Source: a bacterium
Lineage (GTDB): Bacteria; Fidelibacterota; Fidelibacteria; Fidelibacterales; Fidelibacteraceae
Direction of reading: 5' to 3'
Length of the DNA stretch: 64,000 nt
Assembly: GCA_963676395.1 (NCBI GenBank)
Contig: OY781066.1
Span: 544,001-608,000 of the forward strand
The notes under the pieces were generated by a model that did not search any database, was not told the DNA's origin, and saw only the letters and a list, made by a program, of their open reading frames with translations. The position numbers and the translations under genes were made by a program. Below are positions 29,517 to 40,117 of the stretch, piece by piece. How positions within the stretch are numbered: the first letter of the stretch is position 1; the number at the start of each line of letters is the position of its first letter.

Positions 29517-30692
29517 TTACACATTCAACAGGCAAACAGCCATCGCCGCAATGCCCTCTTCCCTACCGGTAAAACCGAGGCGTTCTTCGGTAGTGGCTTT
29601 AACCGAAACCTGGGCGAGCTCAAGTCCTAGTTTTTCGGCAATATTCTTTCGCATGTCTTCGATATATGGTGCCACTTTAGGTTTTTGTAAAATCAAAGTC
29701 GCATCGATATTGTTAACGGTGTAAGCATTAACTTCCAAAAGCTTTCGCACACCATATAGTAAAAACATTGAATCAACATTTTTATACTGATCATCTGTAT
29801 CCGGGAAATGTTGGCCAATATCACCCAAAGCGGCAGCACCAAGAATAGCATCCATAATGGCATGAACTAAAACATCGGCATCCGAATGACCATCTAGTCC
29901 TAGTTTATGGGGTATATCTACACCACCAAGAATGAGTTTACGGCCTTTTACCAGACGGTGAACATCATAACCTTGTCCAATTTTCTGCATATCTTCTCCT
30001 TTATCTCCTTTGAGAATTTGCTCTGCAAGGATCATATCACCCGGGCGAGTGATCTTTATATTTTCTGGAATATCTTCAATAATTTTAACTATTTCACCAA
30101 GTCGCTCAACCAGCATGGCATCATCGGTACCGTAAAAGCCATCTTCATAAGCTTTATCATACGCTTTTACTAAAATATCTTTCTTAAATATCTGCGGTGT
30201 ATTAATCTGCCAGAGGCTTTTACGTTCGGGAGTACGAACGATAACATTATCTTTGGCTTCTTTCATGGTGTAGGTCGCGGGGACCGCCGCTATCGCGCCG
30301 GCGCAGTCCTGCATTAGCATTTCCGCTTCAGTAAAAATATCTTTCTTAAAAAAAGGTCGTGCCGCATCATGAACTGCCACGACCTCGCAGTCCTGCGAAA
30401 GCACATGCAATGCATTTTTGATAGAATCCTGACGTTCCACACCACCTTCCACCACTTTTATGGGGAAAGGTGCTTTAACATTGTCTAGAATTGTTAAAAC
30501 ATCAGCCCGTATTCCGATAGACACGGGAATGATCATTTCTTTTGCATTTGAATCAAAAAATGCCCGGATCGTGTGTTCTAAAATCGACGTTCCACGCACC
30601 TTAAGCAGAATCTTAGGCACATCACTCTTCATGCGCTTCCCCGCTCCGGCAGCGGGCAAAATAACAGATAATTTAGAATATTTTTTATTCAT
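29517..30692 (-). CDS. ispDF: Bifunctional IspD/IspF
   Basis: Isp[35 protein letters not shown]. Isp[43 protein letters not shown]. Confidence 0.95.
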   Translation of the reverse strand: MNKKYSKLSVILPAAGAGKRMKSDVPKILLKVRGTSILEHTIRAFFDSNAKEMIIPVSIGIRADVLTILDNVKAPFPIKVVEGGVERQDSIKNALHVLSQDCEVVAVHDAARPFFKKDIFTEAEMLMQDCAGAIAAVPATYTMKEAKDNVIVRTPERKSLWQINTPQIFKKDILVKAYDKAYEDGFYGTDDAMLVERLGEIVKIIEDIPENIKITRPGDMILAEQILKGDKGEDMQKIGQGYDVHRLVKGRKLILGGVDIPHKLGLDGHSDADVLVHAIMDAILGAAALGDIGQHFPDTDDQYKNVDSMFLLYGVRKLLEVNAYTVNNIDATLILQKPKVAPYIEDMRKNIAEKLGLELAQVSVKATTEERLGFTGREEGIAAMAVCLLNV

Positions 30693-30758
30693 GCGTAATT
30701 ATATCAATAATTGGTGGCATATCAAAGAAAGACAAAATTTATGATGAATTTGGATTAT

Positions 30759-30784
30759 AAAAAAGGGCTGAAATTTTCAGCCCC
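30759..30784 (-). terminator. Intrinsic terminator after queA
   Basis: Minus strand GGGGCTGAAAATTTCAGCCCTTTTTT. Confidence 0.8.
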
Positions 30785-30812
30785 TACTTTTTTCTGTACT
30801 TTTAATCTTTCT

Positions 30813-31883
30813 TTAGATAATCATCATGGCATCACCGTAAGAATAGAAGTTATACTTCTCTTTTACGGCTTCGGCGTAGGCATCCATAATCAGATCGTGC
30901 CCCGCTAATGCAGAAACCATCATGATCAAAGTTGATTTTGGCTGATGGAAGTTTGTTATCAAAGCATCTACTACCTGAAAATCGTAAGGTGGATAGATAA
31001 ATTTATCTGTCCACGTATTTTTAGGATTCACATCCGTACCGGAGATCAAGGATGACTCCAAAGAGCGAACGGTTGATGTACCAACGGCAACAATGCGCCC
31101 ACCGGCCTTTTTGGTTCCATTGATCATATCGGCCGTTTTCTTGGTAATTTTAAAATACTCCGAATCCATTTGATGGCGACGAAGGTCTTCTACCTGTACC
31201 GAACGGAAAGTTCCCAAACCGATATGCAAAGTAACATTGGTTACTTTTGTGCCTTTCTTTTCGATCTGCTCAAGAACCGGTTCGGTAAAATGCAAACCTG
31301 CTGTTGGTGCGGCAACTGCACCCAATTCTTTTGCCATCACTGTTTGATAACGTTCTTTATCCAGATCTTCGCTTTCGCGTTTGATATACGGGGGCAAAGG
31401 TGATTTCCCATTGGCCATAACGTATTTCATAAACGTAGCTTTAGTGCAATTATGACGGATAACGCGACCACCTGAAATTGTATTATCAATTACATCTGCG
31501 TAGATCTTATCGGTAAAACGCAATTTATTACCAATTCGCACCTTGCGTGCAGGTTTAACAAGCACTTCCCAAATCTGATCTTCAAGCGAACGAAGTAAAA
31601 ACACTTCAACTTCTGAATCAGTTTTATCTTTATATGCAAATAAACGCGCAGGGAAAACTTTTGTATTATTGTAAACAAGACAATCACTGGGTTTAAGGAA
31701 TTTTTTCACATCTTTAAACATATGATGAGTAAAAGTTCCCTTATCGCGATCTACGACCATCAAACGGTCTTCACCGCGTTTGTCGCTGGGGTATTGAGCA
31801 ACCAACTCATCCGGCAGATCAAAATCAAAGTCGGAGAGACGGAAAGCTTTTGGCTGAGTGTTAAAAATCTCAAATTTCGTCAT
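30813..31883 (-). CDS. queA: S-adenosylmethionine:tRNA ribosyltransferase-isomerase
   Basis: [37 protein letters not shown] and YSYGDAM motifs. Confidence 0.97.
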   Translation of the reverse strand: MTKFEIFNTQPKAFRLSDFDFDLPDELVAQYPSDKRGEDRLMVVDRDKGTFTHHMFKDVKKFLKPSDCLVYNNTKVFPARLFAYKDKTDSEVEVFLLRSLEDQIWEVLVKPARKVRIGNKLRFTDKIYADVIDNTISGGRVIRHNCTKATFMKYVMANGKSPLPPYIKRESEDLDKERYQTVMAKELGAVAAPTAGLHFTEPVLEQIEKKGTKVTNVTLHIGLGTFRSVQVEDLRRHQMDSEYFKITKKTADMINGTKKAGGRIVAVGTSTVRSLESSLISGTDVNPKNTWTDKFIYPPYDFQVVDALITNFHQPKSTLIMMVSALAGHDLIMDAYAEAVKEKYNFYSYGDAMMII

Positions 31884-32904
31884 TGAACAAACTCCCTTGA
31901 GAATTTGGTTTCTGTTTTTCCATATTCAAATGCGTATAGGTTCTCTCAAGTGCAACACGTCCCCGTGCAGTACGTTGCAAAAACCCCTCTTGTATCAGAA
32001 ACGGTTCGTACACTTCTTCGATGGTATCGGCTTCTTCCCCAATAGCTACTGCTAAATTCTGCAGACCTACCGGGCCACCTCCAAAATGCGTCACTAATGT
32101 CAATAATATCCTTCTATCCATGGTATCCAAACCGATCTCATCGATCTCTAACATGTCCAGGGCTTTGTCTGCAATCTCTTTTGTGATCACACCATCACCA
32201 CGGACTTGTGCATAATCTCTACATCGTTTTAATATTCTATTTGCGATCCTGGGTGTTCCCCTTGAACGCTTACCTAATTCCACGGCACCATCTTTGGTTA
32301 TTTCAACATCAAGCAACTTTGCTGAACGCATAACGATCTTTAAAAGATCTTGATGATTGTAATATTCCATTCTTAAGATAATACCAAAACGATCACGGAT
32401 TGGCGATGTCAATAGCCCGGCACGCGTTGTTGCACCAACTAAAGTAAATCCTTCCAAATTCAGTTGAATGCTCCTGGCACTGGGACCTTTATCAATCATG
32501 ATGTCAATTCTGTAATCCTCCATGGCGGAATACAGATATTCTTCAACGACTCTGTTCATTCTGTGGATCTCGTCAATAAACAGCACATCGCTTTTTTCAA
32601 GATTAGTCAACACGCCGGCAAGATCCCCGGCTCGTTCCAAAACAGGTCCGGAAGATACCTTTATGCTTGAGTTTAACTCATTTGCAATAATATTCGCTAA
32701 GGTCGTTTTACCTAAGCCCGGAGGTCCAAAAAGCAAAACATGATCCAATGGTTCGTTTCGTTTTTGGGCTGCTTCTATGTAAATCTTTAACTTATCCAGA
32801 AGCTTCTTTTGACCGATAAACTCATCTAACGATCGCGGACGGAGCGTGAATTCCAACTCCTCTTCCATTGTCCCAAGTTCCGGATTTATAATTTCTGATC
32901 TCAT
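31870..32904 (-). CDS. ruvB: Holliday junction branch migration helicase
   Basis: [37 protein letters not shown] and EPFL motifs. Confidence 0.98.
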   Translation of the reverse strand: MRSEIINPELGTMEEELEFTLRPRSLDEFIGQKKLLDKLKIYIEAAQKRNEPLDHVLLFGPPGLGKTTLANIIANELNSSIKVSSGPVLERAGDLAGVLTNLEKSDVLFIDEIHRMNRVVEEYLYSAMEDYRIDIMIDKGPSARSIQLNLEGFTLVGATTRAGLLTSPIRDRFGIILRMEYYNHQDLLKIVMRSAKLLDVEITKDGAVELGKRSRGTPRIANRILKRCRDYAQVRGDGVITKEIADKALDMLEIDEIGLDTMDRRILLTLVTHFGGGPVGLQNLAVAIGEEADTIEEVYEPFLIQEGFLQRTARGRVALERTYTHLNMEKQKPNSQGSLFNDEI

Positions 32905-33071
32905 ATATTCAATATCATATTCAGCGCGTAATTTACGATTTTTTTCACAATTTAGCTATTCCTTTTTGATTTATAGCTTAGGGTCATGCGGTTTGAGCTG
33001 AAAATCAACAAAATAATTCAAATATTTGGAATTATAACAGCGACTTTGGTGTACCTGCTGCAGCACACGGA

Positions 33072-33416
33072 TCACTGCTTTGTATAGGTATATCCATTTT
33101 GGATATAAAGTCTATTACCTTCAATAGCATACTTAAATGTATAATACGTACGAACCAATTTCAAAGAATATGTCGTATCGGTATAAGTATAATCACCGGT
33201 TCTCATAGCAACGCCCCCTGAGGATGCCGTATAATTTCTCAGTTCATATTGAAGATTTTCTTTAAATGTGATCATTTCCCAATCATCTGTATAGTAATTT
33301 ACATACTTCCAGGAACCAATAAGATTATTTTCAAATTGAGGCTCCGTATTGCACCCCGTCAGCACAAGTGCCAGAAGTGTAATAACGACAAATAATAGGC
33401 ATGTTAATTTTTTCAT
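33072..33416 (-). CDS. Small lipoprotein, lipocalin-like
   Basis: Lipobox LTGC; LIGSWK motif typical of lipocalin-like domains. Confidence 0.6.
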   Translation of the reverse strand: MKKLTCLLFVVITLLALVLTGCNTEPQFENNLIGSWKYVNYYTDDWEMITFKENLQYELRNYTASSGGVAMRTGDYTYTDTTYSLKLVRTYYTFKYAIEGNRLYIQNGYTYTKQ

Positions 33417-33582
33417 ATGTTTAATATAGAAATTTTTAAAAGCATTTATTAATGTTTTCCCGTTAAAATTACAAGAAACAGATATCTGTTTCTTACCAAA
33501 AATCCAATAAGACAGGCTTCAATTGATATATATTTTGTGTCACAAATGTTTTCTACGACTTTACGTGAGCTAAGATTCTTAT

Positions 33583-33611
33583 TTGGTATTTTACACTTTA
33601 TAAGTTAAATT
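33583..33611 (+). promoter_or_regulatory. Putative sigma70-type promoter of the gatB operon
   Basis: TTGGTA-N17-TAAATT, 27 bp upstream of the ATG. Confidence 0.4.
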
Positions 33612-33638
33612 TGAGCCTAATTAAATCATGGAGAAAGA

Positions 33639-35060
33639 ATGGACTGGGATATCGTCATAGGTTTGGAAGTACACGTACAGTTAAACACTGAAACAAAAGC
33701 CTTTTGTTCGTGCAAGGTTAATTATGGTGATGCGCCCAATACAAATGTGTGCCCACGTTGCTTAGGTTATCCCGGCTCTTTACCGGTTTTAAATAAGGAA
33801 GTCGTAAATTCCGCAATAAAACTGGGATTGGCAACAAACTGTTCCATCCGCCCTTTTTCAACTTTTGCCAGAAAAAATTATTTTTATCCGGACCTCCCCA
33901 AAGGTTACCAGATATCTCAATATGATGACCCGATCTGTTATGAAGGTTATATTGATACCATTGTTAATGGTATACCAAAACGCATTGGCTTAACTCGAAT
34001 TCATATGGAAGAAGATGCGGGTAAATCCATACACAGTGACCAGGGTACACTGGTTGATTTAAATCGCTGCGGTACTCCTCTATTGGAAATTGTTTCGGAA
34101 CCCGATATGTTTTCCCCTGCAGAAGCTTACGCCTACTTGACAACACTAAAACAGATCGTTCGATATACGGGTGTCTCAGACTGCAACATGGAAGAAGGCT
34201 CCATGCGCTGTGATGCAAATATATCTATCAAACCAAGAGGGCAAAAAGAACTCGGCACACGTACCGAATTAAAAAACATGAACTCCTTCAAGAATGTTGA
34301 GCGAGCTTTAATATATGAAGCAAAACGTCAGCAAGAAGTACTTGAAGCCGGCGGTAAAATCAAGCAACAAACCCTGCTTTGGGATGAAGCGTCCGGTATA
34401 ACAAAATCCATGCGAGGTAAAGAAGATTCACACGATTACCGATATTTCCCGGAACCCGACCTCTCTCCCGTTTATGTAGATGAAGCATGGATAGAAAGAA
34501 TCCGTAAAGATCTTCCCGAATCACCTTCCGCACGCACACAACGTTTTGTTGATTCTTTCGGATTTACTAATGGCGATGCTGCCGTACTGACATCAGAAAA
34601 AGAGATCGCGGATTATTTTGAAGCAACACTCAAAGAATTTAATAACCCAAAACTTGTATTCAACTGGGTTCGTAATGAGATCCTCAGAATTCTTGTGGAT
34701 ACCGGTAAAAACATAGATAAATCACCCGTTACCCCCAAAGCACTCGCGGAGCTATTAACCTTTCTTGATAAAAAAGAAATAACCGCGCAGACCGCAAAAG
34801 CCGTTATTGACGATATGGCCGCAAGCGGTAAATCTGCGGCTACCATTATCGACGAAAAAGGTCTAAAGCAAATCTCTGACTCCTCTGCTCTGGAAGCTAT
34901 GGTGGATGAAGTCATTGCAAATAACGAAGCTAATGTTAAACGCTTCCGCGAAGGTGAAACAAAGCTAATGGGATTCTTTATCGGTCAGATCATGCGCGCA
35001 AGTAAAGGTCAGGCCGACCAGGCACTCGCTCGCGAGATACTGATGAAAAAACTCGGATAA
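33639..35060 (+). CDS. gatB: Asp/Glu-tRNA amidotransferase subunit B
   Basis: IGLEVHVQL, RKNYFYPDLPKGYQISQ, HMEEDAGK, ELKNMNS and DYRYFPEPDL motifs. Confidence 0.98.
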   Translation: MDWDIVIGLEVHVQLNTETKAFCSCKVNYGDAPNTNVCPRCLGYPGSLPVLNKEVVNSAIKLGLATNCSIRPFSTFARKNYFYPDLPKGYQISQYDDPICYEGYIDTIVNGIPKRIGLTRIHMEEDAGKSIHSDQGTLVDLNRCGTPLLEIVSEPDMFSPAEAYAYLTTLKQIVRYTGVSDCNMEEGSMRCDANISIKPRGQKELGTRTELKNMNSFKNVERALIYEAKRQQEVLEAGGKIKQQTLLWDEASGITKSMRGKEDSHDYRYFPEPDLSPVYVDEAWIERIRKDLPESPSARTQRFVDSFGFTNGDAAVLTSEKEIADYFEATLKEFNNPKLVFNWVRNEILRILVDTGKNIDKSPVTPKALAELLTFLDKKEITAQTAKAVIDDMAASGKSAATIIDEKGLKQISDSSALEAMVDEVIANNEANVKRFREGETKLMGFFIGQIMRASKGQADQALAREILMKKLG

Positions 35061-35064
35061 CATC

Positions 35065-35841
35065 ATGAGCAAATTACTTTGCGTTGATATTGGTAATACA
35101 AATATCGTTTTAGCTATCATGCGAAACGAAAAATTACTGACAAGTGCTAGAATACCTTCAACACCACTACTTAATGACACAGAATATGATACTGCCATAC
35201 GTGATCTTATCATATCAAGTAAACTTAAATTAAAAAAATTTGACGGTGCCATTATTTCTTCGGTTGTTCCAAGATTAACCGTTCCCCTTAAAAAAGTCTG
35301 TGATATTATTTTTTCTACAGAAACATTGGTTATTGATCACAATCTTCAACTTAAACTAAAGATTAAATACGATGATCCTTCTGAAGTAGGAGCCGATCGG
35401 ATCTGTAATGCGGTTGGGGCATATAATCGCTACAAAGCTCCGTTGATCGTGGTAGATATGGGAACCGCTACAACATTTGATATTGTTTCAAGAAATAATG
35501 AATACCTTGGTGGTGTGATCATGCCCGGTTTAGAGACAGCGGGTCGTGATCTTTTTGAACGCGCAGCAAAACTTCCACGAGTCAGCTTTGATTTCCCCAA
35601 AAAAGTCTTGGGTAGAAACACAAGGGAAAGCATGCAATCTGGACTGATGTGGGGAACCATTGATCAAATAGATGGTATGATTAAACGAGTTTCCGCTGAA
35701 TGGCAGGAAGATAATATAACAGTAATCGCCACCGGAGGATTATCAGAGATTATCACGCCACATTCACGGTATATCAAAGAAGCAAACAAAGCCCTCACAC
35801 TATTGGGAATGGTCGATATTTTTGAGGAGATACGGAGCTGA
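35065..35841 (+). CDS. coaX: Type III pantothenate kinase
   Basis: DIGNT, SSVVP, VGADR, VDMGTATTFD, GGVIMPG and IATGG motifs. Confidence 0.95.
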   Translation: MSKLLCVDIGNTNIVLAIMRNEKLLTSARIPSTPLLNDTEYDTAIRDLIISSKLKLKKFDGAIISSVVPRLTVPLKKVCDIIFSTETLVIDHNLQLKLKIKYDDPSEVGADRICNAVGAYNRYKAPLIVVDMGTATTFDIVSRNNEYLGGVIMPGLETAGRDLFERAAKLPRVSFDFPKKVLGRNTRESMQSGLMWGTIDQIDGMIKRVSAEWQEDNITVIATGGLSEIITPHSRYIKEANKALTLLGMVDIFEEIRS

Positions 35842-35843
35842 TC

Positions 35844-36455
35844 ATGAAAAGAATCATCATAATTCTAATTCTTATGCTAAGCATTTTAACAGCTGCTGAC
35901 TATAACTCAATGGGATCCGTAAAAAGAAGCTATGCCATAGACCTAAGGATGACTGATTACGGATCAAGTCTGGGCGGAAACATGCAATGGAAGTTATTAA
36001 ATAATTTTCATGTAGGTACTACAGTAAATTGGACCTTTGTTTCCAGCGGTAAAGAATATACTTGGACTGATCCTTATACGGGCTATACTCAAAGGATCAA
36101 TACCATTCACTTAGATTTCGTTAAAGCCGGAATATTTCTAAAAAAACACTTTTTTACCCGTCAACTGGATAACACCTTTGCCCCTTACGTATCTCTTCAG
36201 GCTGGCCCTGTTCTTGCCATTGATACCGATAATGATCCATGGGCAAATTTGAGCCGTTACGGAGATGCTGAATTCCATTTAGGGTTTTATTCACATATTC
36301 ATTTGGGCATTGATTTTATGATGGAAAATCACTCCACCGCCGGAATTGCTCTTGGTTATGAAATCAATGCATTTGGCACAGCAGTAGACGAAGAATTTTT
36401 AAAACCTAACTGGAACGGTGCAGCCATTGTATTAAATTACGGACGGTATTTCTAA
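35844..36455 (+). CDS. Hypothetical outer-membrane beta-barrel protein
   Basis: Signal peptide; amphipathic strands; APYVSLQAG; C-terminal aromatic YGRYF. Confidence 0.6.
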   Translation: MKRIIIILILMLSILTAADYNSMGSVKRSYAIDLRMTDYGSSLGGNMQWKLLNNFHVGTTVNWTFVSSGKEYTWTDPYTGYTQRINTIHLDFVKAGIFLKKHFFTRQLDNTFAPYVSLQAGPVLAIDTDNDPWANLSRYGDAEFHLGFYSHIHLGIDFMMENHSTAGIALGYEINAFGTAVDEEFLKPNWNGAAIVLNYGRYF

Positions 36456-37151
36456 ATGGCTCATGAACAATTTTTCTACTCACCGCTCATTCAGGGTAAT
36501 TCCATTATTATTGAAGGGAATGAGCACCAACACCTGTCCCGCGTTATGCGAAAAAAAGCAGGTGATTTAATTTGGATCTCCGATGGTAAGGGGATTGCAT
36601 ACGAAACCCAACTTAAGTCAATAGAAAAAGAACTAAGCCAAGCAGAAATAATCAAAAAGCATGTAAATTTCGGCGAACCCGAAAACAAAGTATCGCTTGC
36701 GGTTGGAATGATCAAAGCATCACATTGGGAGATTTTGCTTGAAAAAGCCGTCGAATTGGGTGTCCACGAAATATATCCTCTTCTAACGCAATATACTCAA
36801 TATAAAAATCTCAAAAGAGAGCGAAACGAAAAAATCTTACTTTCAGCGATGAAGCAATCCGGTCGTTCATATCTACCGCACCTTCATAACCCAATGAAAT
36901 TTGATGAATTTTGTATGCTTGATATGCAAAAAGAAAAGATCATATGCGACAATCAAGGCGAATATACGACACTTGAAAGACGTGATAAAACAAAAGACTT
37001 TATAGTTCTAATCGGACCCGAAGGTGGCTTCTCAATAGATGAGGTCACCACAGCCAAAAAAAAGAGCTATACTCCCATCTCACTTTCAAATCGTAGACTT
37101 CGCACCGAAACAGCCTGTTTTGCCGCATTATCAATGCTAAGCTATTCATAG
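36456..37151 (+). CDS. rsmE: 16S rRNA m3U1498 methyltransferase
   Basis: HLSRVMR, EKAVELGV, AMKQSGR, IGPEGGF and RLRTETA motifs. Confidence 0.96.
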   Translation: MAHEQFFYSPLIQGNSIIIEGNEHQHLSRVMRKKAGDLIWISDGKGIAYETQLKSIEKELSQAEIIKKHVNFGEPENKVSLAVGMIKASHWEILLEKAVELGVHEIYPLLTQYTQYKNLKRERNEKILLSAMKQSGRSYLPHLHNPMKFDEFCMLDMQKEKIICDNQGEYTTLERRDKTKDFIVLIGPEGGFSIDEVTTAKKKSYTPISLSNRRLRTETACFAALSMLSYS

Positions 37152-37276
37152 AACAAACAACTTCCTGTCTATCAGATAATAATGCTTTCATGTTTTTGGC
37201 AATGTGGGTATATTCTAGCGAGTAATTAAGTAATAATATATCGTTAAATCTATCAGGGTAAATCACGTTCAAAACG

Positions 37277-38788
37277 ATGAAAGACGAAATTACAAAAAGC
37301 ATAAACCGAGACCCCAAGATTGGGATACTTAAAGAAATTGTTGATTATAACAATATCATCCTTTTTGAATTAGATTTAAACTCAGCAAAAAAATTAAAAT
37401 TCACAAACTCAAATTTTGAGAGCACTACAGGTTTTTCAGATAAAGATTTTGATACAATCGACAACCTACTAAACAAACTGATCCACCCCGATGACCACAA
37501 GATTATAACCCCCATTATATCAGAACCCGTTTCATCCGATTTTGAAATAAGGTGGATCACTAAAGATAACAGAATTATATGGTTGGAACACCATGTTAGA
37601 GTCACTGATGATGAAATATTATATGGTTGGGCGCGTGAAATTACGCAAAAGGAAGAAGCTGAAAAACTCTTAGTAAAAAATGAAAAACAATTTTCATTGT
37701 TATTTAAAAACATGGAACAAGGCTTTGCCTTGCATGAAATGATATATGATGAAAATGGCAAAGGTATAAATTATCGTTTTATCTTGATTAACGAAGCATT
37801 TGAAAAACTCATTGGCGTTAAGCGAGATAAATTAATTGGAAAAACAGTACTGGACGTATTGCCCAAAATCGAAAGTACCTGGATAGAAACCTTCTCAAAG
37901 GTTGCCACGAACGGAAAATCTTTACATTTTAAAAATTACTCCCAAGAATTTAATAAACACTATGATATTGTTGCTTATTCACCTCAAAAAGGATTTTTCG
38001 CAACCATTTTCACAGATATTTCAAAAAGCATGCAGTATCAAAAAGAATTATTAGAAGCAAAAGAGAGGGCAGAGCAAGGTGACTTGCTTAAAACTGAGTT
38101 CTTGCAAAATCTCTCTCATGAAATCCGCACTCCAATGAATGGTATAGTCGGTTTTTCAAAACTTCTTGCTACAAAAACTCTCAATAAAGATAAAGTAAAA
38201 TCATATACCGATATTATCAATAACAGTGCAATACAATTAATGAGAATCATTGATGATGTACTTGAGATATCTACACTGGAAACGAAGCAGGTCAGATTAA
38301 ATATCGAAGATATCTCTATCAACACCTTGCTGACAGAATTGTATTCCATTTTTAAAATAGATGCTGAACAATCAAACTTAGAATTCAAGCTAAATTTATT
38401 TGATGAAAGCTCTAACAATAAATGCTATATTAAAAGTGATAAAACCAAACTTAGTAAGATCATTAACAATCTTCTTAGTAACGCATTTAAGTATACCGAA
38501 CAAGGTTATATAGAATTAGGTTATTTTTACGATGAAGAGGCGATCAATATCTATGTAAAAGACTCCGGTATTGGTATTGATCCCGAAAACTTTTCACTCA
38601 TTTTTCATCGTTTCTCGCAAGAAAATAAAATTCTCTCAAACAAAGTTGGTGGACTTGGTTTAGGATTATCCATAGCAAAAGAAAACACGGAACTCCTGGG
38701 AGGAAGAATCTGGGTAGAATCTCAGAAAGGTAGTGGCTCTACATTTATGATATATCTTCCCCTAAAAGCATTTGACAGCACGAATTGA
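37277..38788 (+). CDS. Cytoplasmic PAS-domain sensor histidine kinase
   Basis: Two PAS domains (IHPDD; INEAFEKL); FLQNLSHEIRTPMN; NLLSNAFKYT, DSGIG and GLGLGL boxes. Confidence 0.92.
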   Translation: MKDEITKSINRDPKIGILKEIVDYNNIILFELDLNSAKKLKFTNSNFESTTGFSDKDFDTIDNLLNKLIHPDDHKIITPIISEPVSSDFEIRWITKDNRIIWLEHHVRVTDDEILYGWAREITQKEEAEKLLVKNEKQFSLLFKNMEQGFALHEMIYDENGKGINYRFILINEAFEKLIGVKRDKLIGKTVLDVLPKIESTWIETFSKVATNGKSLHFKNYSQEFNKHYDIVAYSPQKGFFATIFTDISKSMQYQKELLEAKERAEQGDLLKTEFLQNLSHEIRTPMNGIVGFSKLLATKTLNKDKVKSYTDIINNSAIQLMRIIDDVLEISTLETKQVRLNIEDISINTLLTELYSIFKIDAEQSNLEFKLNLFDESSNNKCYIKSDKTKLSKIINNLLSNAFKYTEQGYIELGYFYDEEAINIYVKDSGIGIDPENFSLIFHRFSQENKILSNKVGGLGLGLSIAKENTELLGGRIWVESQKGSGSTFMIYLPLKAFDSTN

Positions 38789-38795
38789 GGACAAT

Positions 38796-39191
38796 ATGGA
38801 TACAAATCAAAAAAAGTATAAAATTTTAATTGCCGAAGATGAAGAAATTAATTTTATATTCTTACGAGAAATTTTCTCTTCAATGGAAGACTTACAGTTT
38901 GAATTGATCCACGCAAAAAATGGTCAGGAAGCTATTGATTATTTTAAAAATATAAATGATATTTCCATGATCCTTATGGATATTAAAATGCCGGTTATGA
39001 ATGGGCTGGATGCAGTAAAAATAATTAAAGAGATTAAGCCCGATCAGCCAATTATTATTCAATCTGCATATGCAAGTGATTCGGATAAAGAGATTGCGCT
39101 CCAGAACGGTTGCGATGATTATCTTTCAAAGCCAATTGACATGGATAGATTGTCAGAGATCACTCATAAGTATTGCAAAAAAGGATCTTGA
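38796..39191 (+). CDS. Single-domain response regulator
   Basis: ILIAEDE, ILMDIKMPVMNG, QSA and SKP motifs; ATG 38796 preceded by GAGG (the track gives TTG 38772). Confidence 0.9.
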   Translation: MDTNQKKYKILIAEDEEINFIFLREIFSSMEDLQFELIHAKNGQEAIDYFKNINDISMILMDIKMPVMNGLDAVKIIKEIKPDQPIIIQSAYASDSDKEIALQNGCDDYLSKPIDMDRLSEITHKYCKKGS

Positions 39192-39194
39192 TCC

Positions 39195-39989
39195 ATGAAA
39201 ATCGAACTTAGATATTTTTCCGGGACAGGAAATTCTTGGACTGTTTTAAATACTTGCTATAAAATCTTTAAAGAAGCCAAACATGAGGTCTCAATCAAAG
39301 CCCTGGATATTACAGAAAAAAGCATTGAGGCAGACCTTATTGGTTTTGCTTTTCCAATACATGCTTTTGGTTTACCGGATATTATCAGAAAATACATTCG
39401 TTTTCTTCCTGAGTTTAAACATAAACAAAAGGTATTCATTCTCATGACTGCAGGTGATGTAATAGGGTCTTGTTCGGCCGCTCAAAGGATCGAGACCTTA
39501 TTGATTCCCAAGAATGCAGTAACTATTGCCTCCGAAGTCATCAAAATGCCGAATAATTGGATCACCTTCAGCTCTACCCAAGAAAAAGAAATAAATGAAG
39601 GTATGATCAATGCGGGAGTTGAAAAAGCAAAGATTATTGCTCTTAAAGTAATGAACAATGAGATCTCAAAATTTGACATTAAACGTATCCCCGTTTTTTT
39701 CAGATATCTGGGAAACACTATCAATATACTCTTTCGTTCAAGTGGAAGAAAACAACTAACGCGACTTTTTAGCACGTACGATACTTGTAATGGTTGCGGC
39801 CTATGTGCTCAAACCTGTCCAACAAACAGTATTGAGATCATTAATAATAAGCCAAAATGGTTAAAAAGCTGTGCACAATGCATGCGCTGTGTAAACATTT
39901 GTCCACAGGAAGCTATTTTCCAAAAAATGGGTGGTCATACAAAATTAAAAGAAAAGTATTTGGCACCGGGATTTCCAATTAACAATTGA
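39195..39989 (+). CDS. EFR1-family ferredoxin (flavodoxin-like domain + 2x4Fe-4S)
   Basis: YFSGTGNS; GFAFP; MPNN; CNGCGLCAQTCP and CAQCMRCVNICP. Confidence 0.88.
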   Translation: MKIELRYFSGTGNSWTVLNTCYKIFKEAKHEVSIKALDITEKSIEADLIGFAFPIHAFGLPDIIRKYIRFLPEFKHKQKVFILMTAGDVIGSCSAAQRIETLLIPKNAVTIASEVIKMPNNWITFSSTQEKEINEGMINAGVEKAKIIALKVMNNEISKFDIKRIPVFFRYLGNTINILFRSSGRKQLTRLFSTYDTCNGCGLCAQTCPTNSIEIINNKPKWLKSCAQCMRCVNICPQEAIFQKMGGHTKLKEKYLAPGFPINN

Positions 39990-40117
39990 TATTGGATCAT
40001 TGACAATAAATTAGTATTGGATACATATTTTAATTTTATTACCATAAGATACAATCTGTAAAGACACAAGATATTACGTCTTTACAAAAACCAAAATAAA
40101 TATCGAGGATTCCCTTA

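Noticed and set aside
30711..30908. Short antisense or overlapping ORFs in the track (this one and the many similar 60-156 aa ORFs)
   Set aside because: They are shadows of well-supported genes on the opposite strand or in another frame, with no protein features
38760..38800. Frameshifted hybrid kinase (HK + REC)
   Set aside because: The REC has its own GAGG RBS and ATG at 38796, and both ORFs look complete
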